From: Candidatus Omnitrophota bacterium
Lineage (GTDB): Bacteria; Omnitrophota; Gorgyraeia; B26-G9
Direction: 5' to 3'
Assembly (NCBI GenBank): GCA_018817165.1
Contig: JAHITY010000114.1
Coordinates: 17,721-81,720, forward strand
Length of the DNA: 64,000 nucleotides
The notes beneath the pieces were generated by a model, which had not been told where the DNA came from, ran no database searches, and was given only the letters and a program-made list of their open reading frames with translations. Made by a program: the position numbers and the translations under genes. Shown piece after piece: positions 19,107 to 28,346 of the stretch; within the stretch, counting starts at the first letter, position 1, and every line of letters begins with the position of its first letter.

Positions 19107-20569
19107 AAGTAGTTATTGCTAATTCAATTGGAATTGATAAAAACGGACATTATATAATTCATTCACCAAGCCGATGGTCTGAAGGCGTTAAAGAGAAATC
19201 GCACTGGTTTGCTTATTATCCTTGGGAACTTGCCTATCTGTCTAGTTTACTCAAAAGAGAAACTAATCATGAAGTAAAGCTTATTGATGGATGTTTGATG
19301 AAGCTTAATAAAAAAGATTACTCTGCGTTGATCAAAAATCTAAATCCGGATATTTTGATAATCGAAAGCGCTACGCGAATGATTGATGAAAATTTAGAGT
19401 TGGCTCTAGAGATTAAAAAATCATGCTTAAGTCGAGTTATTTTTGTTGGGCAGCATGCAAGTGCTTTTCCCCAGCAGCTTATTGACCAGGGGGTGGATAA
19501 TGTCTGTATTGGTGAATATGAGTTCACGGTTCTTGAATTGATTCAGAACTCTGATCAAGCACAGATATTAGGGCTTTATCCTAATAAGCGAAGAGACTTA
19601 CTTGAGATAAATTCCTTGCCTTGGCCAGAAGATGATGATGTCAGTCGGATAGATTATGCATGCCCCGGAGAACCCAGTTCTGAATTTAAGGAAATTCAAA
19701 TGTACGCGTCTCGCGGTTGTCCGGGTTCATGTAATTTCTGTGTAGCCAGGCATGTTTATTATAATTGTTCGAATTGGCGTAAGCGTAATATTGATGATAT
19801 TGTTAAAGAGATCGCCTATCTGAAAGAAAAATATCCGCAAATGGAGGGAGTTTTCTTTGATGAAGAAGTGCACAATGGCAATCGGGAATTTATTTTAGAA
19901 TTAAGCAAGGGGATTATAGCCGCCGGGCTGAATAATTTGCATTATGAGGCAATGTGTGATGTGCGCTTCTTAGATGAACAAGTGCTGCGGGCAATGAAAA
20001 ATGCCGGATATTATAAAATAAGAATTGGGATCGAGACGGCAAGTGAAAAAGTTATGCAGGCGATAAATAAGCCAATGGATTTAAACCATATTCAGAATAT
20101 ATTATTAACCGCTAAGAAGATCTGCTTAACCACATACGGAACATTTACTTTTGGCGCTTTTGGCTCGGATTATTCTGAAGATATTAAAACCATTAGGTTT
20201 ATGGAAACATTGATAAAACAGGATCTTTTAGATGGATTACAGCTTTCTATTTGTACTCCTCAGCCGGGAACCCCTTTTTATCAAACAGCCAAAGAGAATA
20301 ATTTATTGCGTGCGCAATCTGATTTTTCTGATTATGATGGGGGTAATTTTGCCATGGTAAGCTATCCAAACTACAATCATAAGCAAATAGAAAATATTAA
20401 ACAGCAAGCTTTGCTTGTCCGTGATCATTTATATCTGATGAAGAAAATTAGAGAACATAATCTTTTAAAATGGACACTAGCAATTCTCAGGCGTTACGGA
20501 TTGTGGGGATTTATTAGAAAAGCCTTTAGAAGATTTTTATTGGAAATAAAATTTTTAAACTTAAAATGA
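19103..20569 (+). CDS. B12-binding radical SAM protein
   Basis: PWELAYLSSLL, FVGQHAS, IGEYE, SRGCPGSCNFC, FFDEE, IGIET, TPQPGTPFY. Confidence 0.9.
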   Translation: MKVVIANSIGIDKNGHYIIHSPSRWSEGVKEKSHWFAYYPWELAYLSSLLKRETNHEVKLIDGCLMKLNKKDYSALIKNLNPDILIIESATRMIDENLELALEIKKSCLSRVIFVGQHASAFPQQLIDQGVDNVCIGEYEFTVLELIQNSDQAQILGLYPNKRRDLLEINSLPWPEDDDVSRIDYACPGEPSSEFKEIQMYASRGCPGSCNFCVARHVYYNCSNWRKRNIDDIVKEIAYLKEKYPQMEGVFFDEEVHNGNREFILELSKGIIAAGLNNLHYEAMCDVRFLDEQVLRAMKNAGYYKIRIGIETASEKVMQAINKPMDLNHIQNILLTAKKICLTTYGTFTFGAFGSDYSEDIKTIRFMETLIKQDLLDGLQLSICTPQPGTPFYQTAKENNLLRAQSDFSDYDGGNFAMVSYPNYNHKQIENIKQQALLVRDHLYLMKKIREHNLLKWTLAILRRYGLWGFIRKAFRRFLLEIKFLNLK

Positions 20570-20577
20570 CACAAAAG

Positions 20578-20610
20578 CAGCGGATAGCGTATAGCGATTA
20601 GCGGTTAGGG
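20578..20610. repeat. Heptamer tandem repeat (tagcgNN)
   Basis: cagcgga-tagcgta-tagcgat-tagcggt-taggg. Confidence 0.7.
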
Positions 20611-20761
20611 AAAGTGTGATATCCTGAAATAGGTTGACAGAAAACAGAAGGATGAGAGACGATCGCTGCGCTAGGACGATAGAGAAAAAACGGAAACATT
20701 TTTTAATAGCTAATGAAGTAATATTGTACAGTTATTTCTTGTTGTGATTTAGGGATTATTT

Positions 20762-22273
20762 ATGAATTTTTTAAAAAAACATTACATATTTATCAGTTTA
20801 ATCGGGATTTTTCTATTATATATAATTACAGATATTATTATTCTGAATGTTAAAGGAGATTTTCTTCTTTATCAGGAAGCTATAAAAATGGGTGTTTGTT
20901 CTCATTTTTATGAAATATTATCTCAAAGACAATTTTCCCCTTCACCTTACATATATCCGCCTATTTATTTCCTTGTATCGAGTTTTTTATGTGTTATTGC
21001 TGGGCGGTTTAGCTATATAACTTGTGTTTACGCGAATTTTATATATTTAGCCATTTTTTTGAGTTCCTTTTTTCTTTTGGCGAGAAAAATTATAAAAAAT
21101 AATAGTGTGGCATTGCTGGCTGTGTATATATTGTTTATTTTTAATTACGATATCTCGATTTATTCAAGATATTATTCGATGGAGTTTGCCGTAGGAGCAT
21201 TTGTTTGCTTGAGTTTATACTTTTTAATATGCACGGATAATTTTACTAACTTCAAGCGCAGTTTTTTATTTGGGCTTGCTTTTGGGCTAAGCATGTTGAT
21301 TAAGTGGACAGCGTTTATTTATATTTTACCGCCTCTATTGGTTTATATTTGGAATGCACTGGCGGCAGCTCGATCTTCTAAATCAGGATTTAAAACTGTA
21401 TTAATCAATATTGTTGTTTCCTTTTGTATATTCTTAGCTTTGTTTTTATATTGGGTATTGACTTCCCTTGACTTGAATAGGATGTATAACCTTTATTGTA
21501 TTGCAATTACAAAGGAAGCTCAAATATCGGGATTATCTACATATATTGCAGTTTCTTTTACTGCTCTTATGGAATACATTCTTTTTACTAAATTCTTTTT
21601 GCAGGGCAGGTACTTAATTGATTTTTTAAAGGGCAGATTTAGATTTAAAAAATTTCTAATATTTTGGTTATTAGGTCCAATACTTATTTTGTCTTTTGCT
21701 GCTGGAATAACTCGCTCGCGTTATATGATCCCAGTCTTACCGGCACTAGCTTTAATGAGTGCATTGGCTTTTAATAATATCAAGGAGCAAAGGGCGAAGA
21801 GAAATGCTCTTTATTATTTTTTGATTGGAGGCGCATTAATGTTCACGCTAACTTCTTTTTGGGGGAACTATGCTGACGCTGAATATAATCAAAAAGTTCA
21901 TTCAATAAAAGATATGCTTAAAACTATGGAAGATAAGGTGGTAGCCAAAGAAAAAATCCATGTTCTTTACCTGTATACCGATTCTTCACCTAACTTTGAT
22001 TATTTGGTAAAATTGTTCAAGTATTTTTTGGCGCATAATAATTTTAGTAATAGCGAACTTACGATTTCACCTGATGAATTTCTCAGTATAAATATTGATA
22101 GAGCAATAGCGCAGTCAGAATATATACTAATTGTTGATAAAGATCCGCGGGAATTGTTAAAAAAAATCAGCCAATATAATTTAACTTTAGTCTCCAGCAT
22201 AAAGTTAAAAAATGATAATATTGTGGCGATTTTACTGGAGAATCCTTTAGTCGGAGGCGCTAAGATAGACTAA
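20762..22273 (+). CDS. GT-C (ArnT/PMT_2-like) multi-TM glycosyltransferase
   Basis: YPPIYF, SRYYSME, FGLSMLIKWT, RYMIPVLPALAL; paralog of 8889. Confidence 0.8.
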   Translation: MNFLKKHYIFISLIGIFLLYIITDIIILNVKGDFLLYQEAIKMGVCSHFYEILSQRQFSPSPYIYPPIYFLVSSFLCVIAGRFSYITCVYANFIYLAIFLSSFFLLARKIIKNNSVALLAVYILFIFNYDISIYSRYYSMEFAVGAFVCLSLYFLICTDNFTNFKRSFLFGLAFGLSMLIKWTAFIYILPPLLVYIWNALAAARSSKSGFKTVLINIVVSFCIFLALFLYWVLTSLDLNRMYNLYCIAITKEAQISGLSTYIAVSFTALMEYILFTKFFLQGRYLIDFLKGRFRFKKFLIFWLLGPILILSFAAGITRSRYMIPVLPALALMSALAFNNIKEQRAKRNALYYFLIGGALMFTLTSFWGNYADAEYNQKVHSIKDMLKTMEDKVVAKEKIHVLYLYTDSSPNFDYLVKLFKYFLAHNNFSNSELTISPDEFLSINIDRAIAQSEYILIVDKDPRELLKKISQYNLTLVSSIKLKNDNIVAILLENPLVGGAKID

Positions 22274-22362
22274 AAATCAATTAACTGCTTTTAGCATAAT
22301 TAGGAATAGTCAGACTTTATAAGCGCAGGCTTAAGCTTAGAATAAAAATTTAGGGGTAGGGA

Positions 22363-23139
22363 ATGAAAAAGATTAGTGCTAAAAAAATCCTAAAGCTGTT
22401 TTTTGAGGAAGAAAAACCTCAGGATAGTAAAGAAACCAGTAATGAAACAAATGAAGTGAAAATTTTGCACTGGCTATTGATTATCGCGATTAGTATATTT
22501 ACTTTGTTTTGGATTATTTATTGTTTTTTTGCTGTTTTTTTAAAATCACCGATATATAATAGCCAAAGTGGTATTAACTCTAAAATCGAGAGAGTTGATT
22601 GGTCAAAGGGTAATGTTTTAAAAAATGGCGATTTTTCTGAAAAATTAAGACATTGGGTTACTTCCGATGGCGGGCAGACATTTAAAGATTCAAAAAGTAA
22701 AGTAAGTCTAGAGGAAGATGATGTTCATTCAGCCCCATATAGTCTGAGGATTAGATCACTCTATCCGACTAATCGATTGCATTATACTAAAAATATGGAG
22801 CAGTATATTATTGGTAATCCTTATGATTTTAAAGAAACCGAACATTGGCTCGGGGTCGAGCCTAGTTCAAAAATCGAGGCATCTTGTTGGTATAAAGGTA
22901 GCGTGATTGACTTTACAATCATTGGTTTGGCTCAAAAAGGCGAATGGATAAATCTGGCAAAAATATCCGGAGAGAGAACTCGGATATGGAAACAATTAAA
23001 AATAGACATAGATATACCGGAAAAAGTAAGAGCTATTTCTGTATTGTTTGTAATTAACCGCGCGCAGGGAAGTCCTTTGCCGGATGTTTTAATCGATGAT
23101 GTAGCGGTATCGATTGTATCTTCGAAAGAGTACATTTAA
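22363..23139 (+). CDS. Single-TM membrane-anchored carbohydrate-binding protein, paralog B
   Basis: LKNGDFSEKLRHWVTSDGG, HSAPYSL, NPYDFKETEHWLG, WYKG, SPLPDVLIDDV match 8113-8889. Confidence 0.65.
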   Translation: MKKISAKKILKLFFEEEKPQDSKETSNETNEVKILHWLLIIAISIFTLFWIIYCFFAVFLKSPIYNSQSGINSKIERVDWSKGNVLKNGDFSEKLRHWVTSDGGQTFKDSKSKVSLEEDDVHSAPYSLRIRSLYPTNRLHYTKNMEQYIIGNPYDFKETEHWLGVEPSSKIEASCWYKGSVIDFTIIGLAQKGEWINLAKISGERTRIWKQLKIDIDIPEKVRAISVLFVINRAQGSPLPDVLIDDVAVSIVSSKEYI

Positions 23140-23205
23140 GATTTATTAACAATCAAATAACCTAAATAAATTGTAAATTTCAAGGAAAGATAAAGAGAGG
23201 AACTA

Positions 23206-24708
23206 ATGAAACTGGCTTTAGTTTTTAATCCTTTTAAATATAAGGTGCATGAAGAGAATGTGCGTATTGGTCAGAAATATTTCGGTTTATTTCCTCCTTT
23301 GAGCTTGGCTTGGGTAGCGGCAATAGCTGAGCAAGCAGGACATGAAGTGATTATCATTGATGCCAGGACATTGCAGTTGTCACAGCAAGAGACTCTGCGC
23401 TTATTGCAAATATTTAAACCCGATATTATGGGTTTTATGATGACTACGTATATGTTTCCTGATACCTTAGAATGGATAAAATTCCTTAAAAAACAGATAA
23501 ATGTGCCTGTAATGGTAGGCGGTTATAATTTGCGGGTTTATCCTGAAGAATCAATTTCTCATCTGGAAATTGATTTTGGGATTATTGAACATGCTTACTA
23601 TACAGTGCCTGCACTGTTAAAAGAAATACAGAACAAAACCAATAATTTTGCCAATGTTCCCGGGCTGGTTTACAAAAAAGACGGGAAAATAATTAAAACT
23701 GATCATCCGCAAGCTATTGATTTTGATTTGTTTCCCAAACCGGCAAGACATTTATTGCCAAATGAGTTGTATGCTGAGTTCCCCACTGAAAGGCGGAATT
23801 TTAGCGTAATGGTTACCTCTTTGGGCTGTCCATTTAAATGTAACTTTTGTGAAGCTGGAAAGAGCCCGTTTAATCCTCGTTCGGCAGAAAATGTTGTTCA
23901 GGAGATAGAGGAGTGTTATGATAAATATGGGATAAAGGAAATAGATATTTTCGACTATGAGTTTACCGGCAATCGAAAACGAGTGCTCGATATCTGCGCT
24001 TTATTAAAACAAAAAAATATTGATATTATCTGGGCCTGTCGTTCCCGGATCGATACGGTTGACCCTGAACTTCTGGCGATTATGTATAAAACAGGTTGCC
24101 GGAGAATATATTTCGGCATAGAGTCTGGTTCACAGGAAATTTTAGATATTGTCAATAAGAAGCAGACACTGGCTCAAGTTGTGGAGACAATCAGCTGGTG
24201 CAAGAAAATCGGAATAAAAACTTTAGGGTTTTTTTTGATCGGCGCGCCGAATGATACGGAAGAGACAATTAAAGAAACAGTTAAATTCGCTAAGAGTTTG
24301 GATCTGGACTATGTGCAGTTTTCTAAGTGTCTGGCAAAACCGCTGACCTCTCTTTGGCAAGAGCTTGTGGCTAAGACCAAAAAGGATTATTGGAAAGATT
24401 GGATATTGGGCAAAGAAGTTGACCGTCAGCTAGAGCGGCCTTGGACGAGTTTAACCAATGAACAGATTGATAAATTAGCTAAACAGGCTTACTTGTCGTA
24501 TTATGTTAGACCGAAATTCCTAATAAAGGCTTTACTTGAATTAAAGTCTTTTAAAGAATTTAAACGTAAGCTGTTCGCTCTGTTTGAAATGATATTTACC
24601 CAGGAAGATCGATCAAAAGACGATAAAAAATTCTATGCTTTTAATGAAAATAGCCGAAATGATATTGCTAAAGCGCGAAAAAAACTGGAAGATTCTTTGA
24701 CTAGCTAG
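23206..24708 (+). CDS. B12-binding radical SAM protein
   Basis: FPPLSLAWVAA, MVGG, SLGCPFKCNFC, FGIESGS, GFFLIGAP. Confidence 0.9.
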   Translation: MKLALVFNPFKYKVHEENVRIGQKYFGLFPPLSLAWVAAIAEQAGHEVIIIDARTLQLSQQETLRLLQIFKPDIMGFMMTTYMFPDTLEWIKFLKKQINVPVMVGGYNLRVYPEESISHLEIDFGIIEHAYYTVPALLKEIQNKTNNFANVPGLVYKKDGKIIKTDHPQAIDFDLFPKPARHLLPNELYAEFPTERRNFSVMVTSLGCPFKCNFCEAGKSPFNPRSAENVVQEIEECYDKYGIKEIDIFDYEFTGNRKRVLDICALLKQKNIDIIWACRSRIDTVDPELLAIMYKTGCRRIYFGIESGSQEILDIVNKKQTLAQVVETISWCKKIGIKTLGFFLIGAPNDTEETIKETVKFAKSLDLDYVQFSKCLAKPLTSLWQELVAKTKKDYWKDWILGKEVDRQLERPWTSLTNEQIDKLAKQAYLSYYVRPKFLIKALLELKSFKEFKRKLFALFEMIFTQEDRSKDDKKFYAFNENSRNDIAKARKKLEDSLTS

Positions 24709-24746
24709 GAGAGAGAGAGGCTTTAGCCCTTAACCAGAAATAAAAT

Positions 24747-25742
24747 ATGAGATTAAAAGAAAAAATATATATTGGATTAATGATTGCCAAGGCAAAACTG
24801 CTGAAACAGAGTATCCCGGTTATTGTCGGGTGGGCACTGACCTATCAATGCAATAAGCAATGTAAATATTGTCTTTTGCCAATCAAGAAAACTGTTGAAC
24901 TCAATACTGCAGAAGTGAAGTTATTAATTGATAATTTCAAAAGACTCGGCACGAAAATGCTGATTTTTACTGGCGGAGAACCGTTTTTACGGAAAGATAT
25001 AATTGAAATAATTAATTATGCTAAACAAAAAAGAATGATTGTTTATGTAAATTCAAACGGATCTAGAATTAGAGATTTTATCGGACAATTAGGTTTAGTC
25101 GACTGCTTGAATATTAGTTTGGAAGGCAATAAACAGACGCATAATGCGATCCGCGGGACAGGTAGTTTTGAGCAGGTAATGGAAAGCGCTGAACTTGCTA
25201 AGCAACATAAAATAAAGTTAAGATTTACAACTACGCTCAATAAGCTTAATCTTGAAAATATAGATTATATCTTAGATTCGGGTGCAAATCTGCAAGCTAA
25301 AGTTAAATTTCAAATACTTACTGATTATTGTCTGGGATCAGTTGAAAAGAATCCGCTTTTGCCGGAAAATCATAAATTAATTAAAGTTATAAAACAACTT
25401 TGCGAATACAAAAAAAAGGGTAAGTATAAAAATATAATCGCCAATCCATTGCCGGCTTTAAAATATTTTCGTTCCTTACCAAAATTACCTCTGATGGCTT
25501 GTGCTTCTGGGAAAATTACTTTTCGAGTTACTCCTGATGGTTTTTTAATTACTTGCGGAGAATCCGGAATAGCGGCAAATCATTTTAGGATTGCCCTGAA
25601 AAATAAAACTTATGAGCAAGTAAAACAAATTTTAGAAAAAATAAAATTTTCGAAACAAAGATGTAGTTGTGGCTGCGCAGACAGAGTCGAAGCATCAATG
25701 CTGTGGAATTTAAACCCTGGGGCTGTTTTGAATAGGCTATAA
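24747..25742 (+). CDS. Radical SAM protein with C-terminal Cys-rich (Twitch-like) domain
   Basis: WALTYQCNKQCKYC, TGGEPF, NSNG, CASGK...TPDG...C, CSCGC. Confidence 0.88.
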   Translation: MRLKEKIYIGLMIAKAKLLKQSIPVIVGWALTYQCNKQCKYCLLPIKKTVELNTAEVKLLIDNFKRLGTKMLIFTGGEPFLRKDIIEIINYAKQKRMIVYVNSNGSRIRDFIGQLGLVDCLNISLEGNKQTHNAIRGTGSFEQVMESAELAKQHKIKLRFTTTLNKLNLENIDYILDSGANLQAKVKFQILTDYCLGSVEKNPLLPENHKLIKVIKQLCEYKKKGKYKNIIANPLPALKYFRSLPKLPLMACASGKITFRVTPDGFLITCGESGIAANHFRIALKNKTYEQVKQILEKIKFSKQRCSCGCADRVEASMLWNLNPGAVLNRL

Positions 25743-25772
25743 TTTAATTAATACCTAATTTAAGGATAATCA

Positions 25773-26669
25773 ATGCGTTTAAGCGTAATTATCGTTACCT
25801 GGAATTCCCAAAGATTTATTAATGATTGTCTGGAATCAGTATTTTCGCAGCAAATAGATGATATGGAGATAATTGTTATTGATAATGGATCATCAGACAA
25901 TACATTACAAATATTAGAAGGTTTTACTAATCGGATAATTTTGATTAAGAATCAAACCAATACTGGATTTTGCTTGGCGAATAATCAAGCGATTCTAAAA
26001 GCGCAAGGAAAGTATATTTTTACCTTAAATAGCGATGTAATTTTGGGAAAAGGATATTTGAAAAGTTTAATTGGTTGCCTTGAAACTAATAAGCAGATTG
26101 GTATGGTTCAGGGCAAGTTGCTACGATTTGATCGAAAGACAATAGATGGGCTTGGCTTGCGCTTATCTTTGCTGATGCGTTTGTATAATATTCAAGAAAA
26201 TAAGGCTGATAGTAATAAATTTGATAAGCCAAGAGAGATCTTTGGGCCCTGTGCCGCGGCTGCTGTTTATAAAAAAGAACTACTTGCTCAAATTCGTTAT
26301 CAGGATGAGTTTTTTGATGAAAAGTTTTTCTTTTTAGTCGAAGATTTTGATTTAGCCTGGCGAGCGCGGATTCGCGGATGGAAGGCAATGTATGTGCCGG
26401 ATGCGATTGCCTATCATTACCGGGAGAGTTCAGCCTATATTAATAAATTCAAACAATATCTTTCTTTTCGCAATCGATACTTTATGCTGATTAAAAACGC
26501 TGATTGGCGGCATGTTTTTATGCTGATAAGTGGTTTATTTATTTACGAATTACCCCGATTTATATACATGTTGCTATTTAATAAAAATACGATTAAGGCT
26601 CTTAAAGAAATACATGATTATTTGCCGGAACTAAGAAAAAAACGCTATAAACCAGACGGATTTTCATGA
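25773..26669 (+). CDS. Glycosyltransferase family 2
   Basis: SVIIVTWN, IDNGSSD, NTGFCLANN, LNSD, EDFDLAWR. Confidence 0.9.
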   Translation: MRLSVIIVTWNSQRFINDCLESVFSQQIDDMEIIVIDNGSSDNTLQILEGFTNRIILIKNQTNTGFCLANNQAILKAQGKYIFTLNSDVILGKGYLKSLIGCLETNKQIGMVQGKLLRFDRKTIDGLGLRLSLLMRLYNIQENKADSNKFDKPREIFGPCAAAAVYKKELLAQIRYQDEFFDEKFFFLVEDFDLAWRARIRGWKAMYVPDAIAYHYRESSAYINKFKQYLSFRNRYFMLIKNADWRHVFMLISGLFIYELPRFIYMLLFNKNTIKALKEIHDYLPELRKKRYKPDGFS

Positions 26670-27775
26670 AAAAAATTACCCGCAGAGAGTTTATTAAAAA
26701 TAGCATAAGCTGGGGCGCAGTAGTGGCGGCGCAGTCTCTTTTTCCTGAATATATTTATGCTAAAGAAAAAATAATTACTCCAAGCATCGTCGGTGTAATT
26801 AAGGATAATGATATTAGAAAAGCAACGGAACAAGCTTTGGCGATAATTGGCGGAATTGGAAAAGTTGTTAAGCCAGGGCAAATGGTTTTTATTAAACCAA
26901 ATTATATTGCCGGAGGCTTGATGGGTCATGATCCGGTTACCGCTGGTGAAATTCCGCATCCGGAAGTTGTTGCTTCCGTTGCCCGCGAGTGTGTTAATGC
27001 CGGCGCGAAACATGTGATTATTGGGGAATGGTTTGAGCGGCCGCTTAATATTATCTGGCAGGGTAAAAAGAATGTTGAAGGTGCTCAAGTAAAAAAGTTA
27101 ATTGAGCGTATCAATAAAAAATACGGAGATAAGGTTTCTCTGGTTAATTTGCGCGAATATACAAAATCATTTATTTATGTTCCATCTCAAAGCAAGCTTG
27201 ATTGGCTGGCAATCCCGGATATTGTTAAAAAAGCGGATGTGGTTATATCCATAGCAGTGCTTAAGACTCATCATTGGCCGATGGCAGTTACCTTTGGAAT
27301 GAAAAATTTTATGGGAATCATGCCTTCTGTTATCTATGGAGAGCCGAGAGCTAAATTGCATGATGCCGGAATAAATCAGGTGATTGTCGATATTAATAAA
27401 GGAATAAAGCCGGCCCTGACGGTTATTAGCGGTGCTTATGGAATGGAAGGTGAAGGAGTGGTTAGATCATTTGGCGGTAAATCAGTGGATTTAATCCAAA
27501 GAATCAATGGTTGCCTGGTTATTGCTGGGTATGATCCAGTAGCTACTGATGCGACAGCAACTCGTTTAATAACCAAAGGTTGGATGCCTCAGCCCAAAGA
27601 TAATGATTTGGGTGTTCCTTGGTATATAAAACACTTACGCCTTGCTCATCAGCAGGGACTTGGGCAATTGAGACAGTCCCGGATAGAACTCCGCGGAGAG
27701 AAACTAAGCGATCTGGCAATGTCATGGCAAATGCCGATGAATAATGCATATCCGGAGTTGCCAAACTATGTTTAA
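26666..27775 (+). CDS. DUF362-domain protein with Tat signal peptide
   Basis: TRREFIK twin-arginine motif; VFIKPN, HPEVV, VLKTH, TFGMKNFMG, MEGEG, DPVATD. Confidence 0.82.
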   Translation: MKKITRREFIKNSISWGAVVAAQSLFPEYIYAKEKIITPSIVGVIKDNDIRKATEQALAIIGGIGKVVKPGQMVFIKPNYIAGGLMGHDPVTAGEIPHPEVVASVARECVNAGAKHVIIGEWFERPLNIIWQGKKNVEGAQVKKLIERINKKYGDKVSLVNLREYTKSFIYVPSQSKLDWLAIPDIVKKADVVISIAVLKTHHWPMAVTFGMKNFMGIMPSVIYGEPRAKLHDAGINQVIVDINKGIKPALTVISGAYGMEGEGVVRSFGGKSVDLIQRINGCLVIAGYDPVATDATATRLITKGWMPQPKDNDLGVPWYIKHLRLAHQQGLGQLRQSRIELRGEKLSDLAMSWQMPMNNAYPELPNYV

Positions 27776-28331
27776 AAGAATTTTTAAAATTATAATAATT
27801 TGCGGCTTTGTTTTGGTACTTTTCAGCGGTAAAGCGTTAAAGGCAGAACAGGACTCTTATAATTTTCCGGTTGAAAATTGTAGCGGAAACTGGGACAAAC
27901 AGACAATAGAAGGAAAAAAAGTAATATCTACAAACGTTTCAGGCAAGATTGCGCAAATAGATCTAATAGTGCCTGAAGATGGGTATTATCAATTATATAT
28001 CAGTCTTTACCATTGCTGGCAAGAGTTTACTCCCTTTGTTTTTTTTAAAGCCAAGGATATCAAGGGAAAGCGATTTGAGGCAAATGTTTTTTCTGAGCCA
28101 AGGTGGTATCTTGATCCAGGCCAGGGACGTTGGGAATATCGCTGTATTAGTGGCAATCCTTATTGGCAGCTATCCAAGGGAATATTAAGTGTTAAATTTT
28201 GGATTGGTTCTCGTTTGTCTTGCTGGGAAGATGATAATCAAACTTCGGTTGAATCGTTTATTGCAATAGATTGTTTTATTTTGAAAAAAATTAACCAAGA
28301 AACAATGTCTCAAGATCATGTAACTCAATGA
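27768..28331 (+). CDS. Exported hypothetical protein, possible beta-sandwich (CBM-like)
   Basis: Signal peptide MFKRIFKIIIICGFVLVLFSGKALKA; VPEDGYYQLY...IAIDCFIL. ATG 27768 is preferred over 27744. Confidence 0.65.
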   Translation: MFKRIFKIIIICGFVLVLFSGKALKAEQDSYNFPVENCSGNWDKQTIEGKKVISTNVSGKIAQIDLIVPEDGYYQLYISLYHCWQEFTPFVFFKAKDIKGKRFEANVFSEPRWYLDPGQGRWEYRCISGNPYWQLSKGILSVKFWIGSRLSCWEDDNQTSVESFIAIDCFILKKINQETMSQDHVTQ

Positions 28332-28346
28332 AGAAGGATATGAATA

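Noticed and set aside
20634-20665. TTGACA upstream of GT-C 20762 as a promoter
   Set aside because: No credible -10 hexamer at 16-18 nt spacing.
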